From: Selaginella moellendorffii
Lineage: Eukaryota > Plantae > Lycopodiophyta
Length of the DNA: 64,000 nt
Assembly: GCF_000143415.4 (NCBI RefSeq)
Contig: NW_003314278.1
Location: 264,371 to 328,370, forward strand
Reading direction: 5' to 3'
Position numbers and translations under genes: made by a program. The notes under the pieces were generated by a model, which saw only the letters and a program-made list of their open reading frames with translations, was not told the DNA's origin and made no database searches. Shown here piece after piece: positions 59,731-64,000 of this stretch (position 1 is the first letter of the stretch; each line of letters begins with the position of its first letter).

Positions 59731-60577
59731 ATGGGTTCCAAGGTCAATGTTGTCGCAATTCCTCTCCCAGCTCAAGGCCACATCTCTCCACTCTTGCATC
59801 TCTGCCAAGCTCTCACTTTCATCCTTTGGGGGATGCTATCTCCAAAACACACAACCATGAGGGAATGTGCTGGACTTTGTCACGTGCAAGAACCCATGGC
59901 CAATGTGCTAGTGTAGACTCCAAGGTGATGCCTTATGTCAGAAACTGATGCAAAGAGAAGAAACTAAAGAAAAACAAAAAAAGAAGAAGAAGAAGAAAGA
60001 GAGTGTAAAGTTCTGGAGTCAAAAGGGAACCATATGAGGAAATTTGATAAAAGAACTAAACACTAAAAAATGGAAAAACAAAAAGTGAAAAAAACTAAAC
60101 AGCAAGGAACAGCTTAAAGAAGAGCTCTAGAGGCCAGTTATAATGGCCATTTGTCTCAAGTTGGTCCCCGGCATAGAGCCCGAGTTCCTGGAGGCTTTCA
60201 AGGCTCTCCTTGCAAGTGATCAGCTCTGGACTGGTTGTGAGCTGGGCTCCTCAACTGGAAATCCTCCAGCATCCTTCCACAGGCTGCGAGAGTGTATCTT
60301 CAGCAGTGTCAATCCTTTGCTGGCCATGAGTTGCCGAGCAGAATCTCAACTGCAAGCTTATAGTGGAAGACTGGAAGATCGATCTTAAGTTCTCGCCCAT
60401 GAGAGATCCTCGCAAGGTGGTGGCAGGGACGAGTTTGTGGAGGTGGTGGAGCAGCTCATTGGAGCTGAGAATGGCGATTCCTTTAGATGTAATGTGAAGG
60501 AGCTCAGCGAGGCTGCTCAGGGAGCAACAGTGAAAGAAGGCAGGATCTTCATATGAAAGTTTGGACAAGTTCGTCAA
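59731..60577 (+). pseudogene. Chimeric UGT pseudogene, copy 5
   Basis: Same structure as the 47549 copy. Confidence 0.88.
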
Positions 60578-60895
60578 GTTTCATAAGGTAATTTATATCC
60601 AATGCCGCAGCTGGTGGCAGGACGATCATCGGGCATGAGGGCGGGGCCAATGCACAGACAGACCAACCACCAAGAGCACATAAAGATGATACTTGAAAGT
60701 GTATAGGTTGGTGGAAGTGTTATTTTCCTTCCCAAAGAAATAGATGGCGTAATCAAGAGGAGTAAAAAATTCCTGAAGGAGAACACTAGATTAAAACCTT
60801 TGCAAAACGCACTGATTCTTAAGCTCAGCCTTGGAGCCAGAAAGAAACGGCAGCACCTTCATGAAGTAAGCTTGAATTTTCTTTGTTCTTCGTCA

Positions 60896-61051
60896 ATGGG
60901 TTCTTCTACTGGTGCCGAGGGGCTCGCTCCTCACGCAGCGGTTCTTCCCATTCCAACTCTAGGCCACATCACTCCATTCCTCCATCTCTCCAGAGGTGGC
61001 TCCTCGTATGAAAACCTGGAGAGATTTGCTCAAGCAGTGAAAACTTCCTAA
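60896..61051 (+). pseudogene. Internally deleted type-B5 UGT leaving an in-frame 51-aa mini-ORF
   Basis: ...PFLHLSR|GGSSYENLERFAQAVKTS*, which joins sequence equivalent to ~48814 and ~50199. Confidence 0.9.
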
Positions 61052-61166
61052 ACTTTGATCCAAAGTCAACTCTATTCAAGAATATACTACCCTCGATATA
61101 CTTCTTTCTCTCTCTCTCTCAAGATTGGATTGGAAAGACGAGATAAGCACGCGCGTTGCGCGTATA

Positions 61167-62610
61167 ATGGGTTCCAAGATCACACCTCATGTTGTCGCCG
61201 TTCCTCTCCCAGCTCAAGGCCACATCTCTCCACTCTTGCATCTCTGCCAAGCTCTCGCTTCTCATGGATCCATCCTCATCACTTTCGTCAACACGGAGGC
61301 CAATCAAGACAGCATCAAGGAAATGCTGGGAGATGGCGTCGAGGGCATTCGCTTCGAGACCTTCCCCGGGCTGGAGGCGGCTTACCACGGCCTCGACTTG
61401 ACCCAGCTCGAGAATCGCCAGATCTTCTACCGGGCTATTCTCGACATGGAAGCGCCAGTGGAGAGGCTGCTACGAGAGAAGATCATCGCCAAGGGCCCCC
61501 CTGTTTCGTGCATCGTCTCCGAGTTGTTCCCCTGGATGAGAGATCTGGCGGCCAGAATCGGAGTTCCAAGCGTTTACTTCTGGCCTACGAGTGCTGCTTG
61601 TGTTCTTCTGGATTTTTCCATTCCCTTGCTCTTGGAGAGAGGAGACATACCCGTCGAAGGTATGATTATCAACCATGGTTCCTTACTTATTTTCTTTTCC
61701 ATGGTTTCTTCCAGATTTCTCTATGGACAAATCCATCGAGTACGTGCGTGGCTTGTCACCATTGCCTGTGTGGAGTCTTCCCCGGGTTTTTGCTTTCAGG
61801 GATGATCCAAGTTTCGCTCGCAGGTACGAGAGGCTAAAAAACATCCCCCAGAATTCTTGGTTCCTGGCCAACACTTTCGAGGAGCTCGAAGGTGGCGCGC
61901 TTGAGGCCGTGAGAGATTACATCCCAAGGATAATACCTATAGGTCCCGCGTTTCTATCTTCACCATCCATGAAAAATGCAAGCCTCTGGAAGGAAGACAA
62001 CGAGTGCTTAGCATGGCTCAACGAGCAAGAAGAAGGATCCGTGCTCTACATAGCTTTTGGTAGCATCGCCACCCTGAGCTTGGAACAAGCTAAAGAGATA
62101 GCAGCAGGGCTGGAAGAACTCCAGAGGCCATTTCTATGGGGGATTCGTCCAAAGTCTGTGCCGGGTATGGAGCCCGAGTTTCTGGAACCGTTCAAAGAGA
62201 GAGTAAGAAGTTTTGGGCGAGTTATAACTTGGGCTCCCCAGCGAGAAGTTCTCCAGCATGCTTCTATTGGGGGATTTTTCACTCACTGTGGATGGAATTC
62301 TGTGCTGGAAAGCATGGCTGCTGGTGTGCCTATGATCTGCCACCCTTGCGTTGCGGAACAAAATCTGAATTGCAAGTTGGTGGTGGAAGATTGGAAGATT
62401 GGATTGCGATATTCCAATGTGGGATCTGGGAAGCTTGTGGTGAGGGATGAATTTCAAAAGGTGGTGAAGAAATTGATGGAAGATGACAATGGTATTGCGC
62501 AATACATGAGGAGTAATGCAAAGAAGCTGAGTGAAGAAGCTAGAAAAGCAGTGTGTGTGGGGGGCTCTTCATACCAAAATCTGGAAAATTTTATCTTGTC
62601 ACTAAAATAA
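61167..62610 (+). CDS. UDP-glycosyltransferase, type C copy 2
   Basis: Near-identical to 50370-51813 (offset 10797 bp); differences MV>IL and T>A. Confidence 0.92.
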
Positions 62611-62644
62611 TAATTTTATTCCAATATATTTGAGAATAGTTTAC

Positions 62645-64000
62645 TTAATTTATGGTATGTAAGAAAATCTTCATTACTTCGGCAAATCCCTCCAGGTTTT
62701 CATACGAGGAACCACCTCTAGACACTGCTCTACGAGCCTCCTCGCTCAGCTTCTTGACGTTAATCCTCAAAGGCTCACTGTCAGCTCCCATGAATCGCTC
62801 CACCACCTCCACAAACTCGTCCCTCGCTACCACCACCTCGTGAGGATCCGGCATGGTCACGCACGAGAATTTGAGACCGATCTTCCAGTCCTCCACTATC
62901 AGCTTGCAGTTTAGATTCTGCTCCGCAACGCACGGCCAGCAAAGCATGGGCACCGCGGATGCTACGCTCTCGAGGATGGAGTTCCAGCCGCAGTGACTGA
63001 GAAATCCAGCTGTGGAAGGGTGGCGGAGGATGTCCACCTGAGGAGCCCAGCTCACAACCAGTCCAAAGCTCCTCACGGCCTCCTTGAAACACTCCAGGAA
63101 CTCGGGCTCCATGCCGTTGACCGACTTGGGTCGGATGGCCCAGATAAACGGACGCTGGAGAAGCCTCAGTCCCTCGGAGAACTCCTTGAACTGATCGAAG
63201 CTGAGAGTGGCGATGCTGCCCAAGGAAATGTAGAGAACCGAGCTGGGACTTTGCTTGCCGAGCCAGGATAAACTCTCGCTGTCTTCCTCCCACAGGGCAC
63301 TGTTGCGTGGTTCGGACCCGGGGATCATGGTGAAAAGAGGACCCACTGCGATTGTTTTGGGAGAGATGTCTCGGAAAGCTTGGAATGCGACACTGCCCTC
63401 GAGTTCTTCGAACGAGTTTATCAAAACCCACGACGTTGTGGCGAAGATCTTGGCTCTAGCGCACTTGCCAGCGAATCCCGGGTCGTCGTCACTGGCAGAA
63501 AAGTCGCCCGGGAGGCTCCACATTGGTAGTGGTGACAAGCCGTCTACGTAAGTTATGCACTTCTCAATGGAACGATCTGGCGGAAGACGTTAGAGCTTCT
63601 CGAAAGAAGGAAAGGGAAAAAAAGAAAGATACCTTGGACTGGAATGTCTCCCTTCTCCAACATTTGCGGAACCGCGCACTCGAGCAAAACGCAAGAGGCA
63701 CTGGCAGTCCAGAACTTGACCTCTGGGATTCCAATCCTTCTTGTTACTTCCGTGGACCACGGGAAGAACATATCCGAGATGAAGCACGAGACCGGAGGAA
63801 CGAGATCATCGTCTCTGGCCATGTTCCTGATGAGCAAGCTCTCCACTGGAGCCTGCATCTCCATCACTGCCTCGGAGAACATCCGCCGCTTCTCCGGGAC
63901 CGCCAAGTCGACGTCGCTTGCTTGGATGCCCGGGACCGTCTCGAAGCGAATGCCGCCACCACAGCCATAGCTCTCCTTCGAAACGATGTTCTTCAAGTCC
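62645..64000 (-). CDS. UDP-glycosyltransferase, type D copy 2, partial (5' end beyond window)
   Basis: Close paralog of 51841-53190; PSPG intact. Confidence 0.85.

Overview
Gene-dense eukaryotic nuclear DNA from a non-flowering land plant. The evidence is very short GT-AG introns (often about 45-75 nt), tiny intergenic gaps and a flavodiiron FLVA gene, a family angiosperms lack. The pattern fits the lycophyte Selaginella, but that is inference. The region 1-36 kb is mostly single-copy genes: PANC, U-box/ARM E3, transmembrane RING E3, tRNA-binding OB protein, FLVA, BI-1/Lifeguard, PLA1, endonuclease I, CHMP1, an intronless kinase-ankyrin gene, an ELF1/IND1 head-to-head pair, LURP-one-like and XDH, plus two UGTs and a decayed ELF1/IND1 duplicate. 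The region 36-64 kb is an actively recombining UDP-glycosyltransferase array. It has about 2.8-kb units of gene plus chimeric pseudogene, inverted copies, a segmental duplication with a microhomology deletion, and a young Ty1/Copia element. That element has identical 153-bp TG..CT LTRs, a 5-bp TSD and an RT lacking YVDD, and it disrupts one UGT. The best candidates for something undescribed are a micro-exon-spliced transcript or 25-aa peptide at 4.5-5.0 kb, the kinase-ankyrin protein, the 48-bp palindromic ELF1/IND1 spacer, and segment shuffling in the UGT array. All coordinates and exon boundaries were read by eye.
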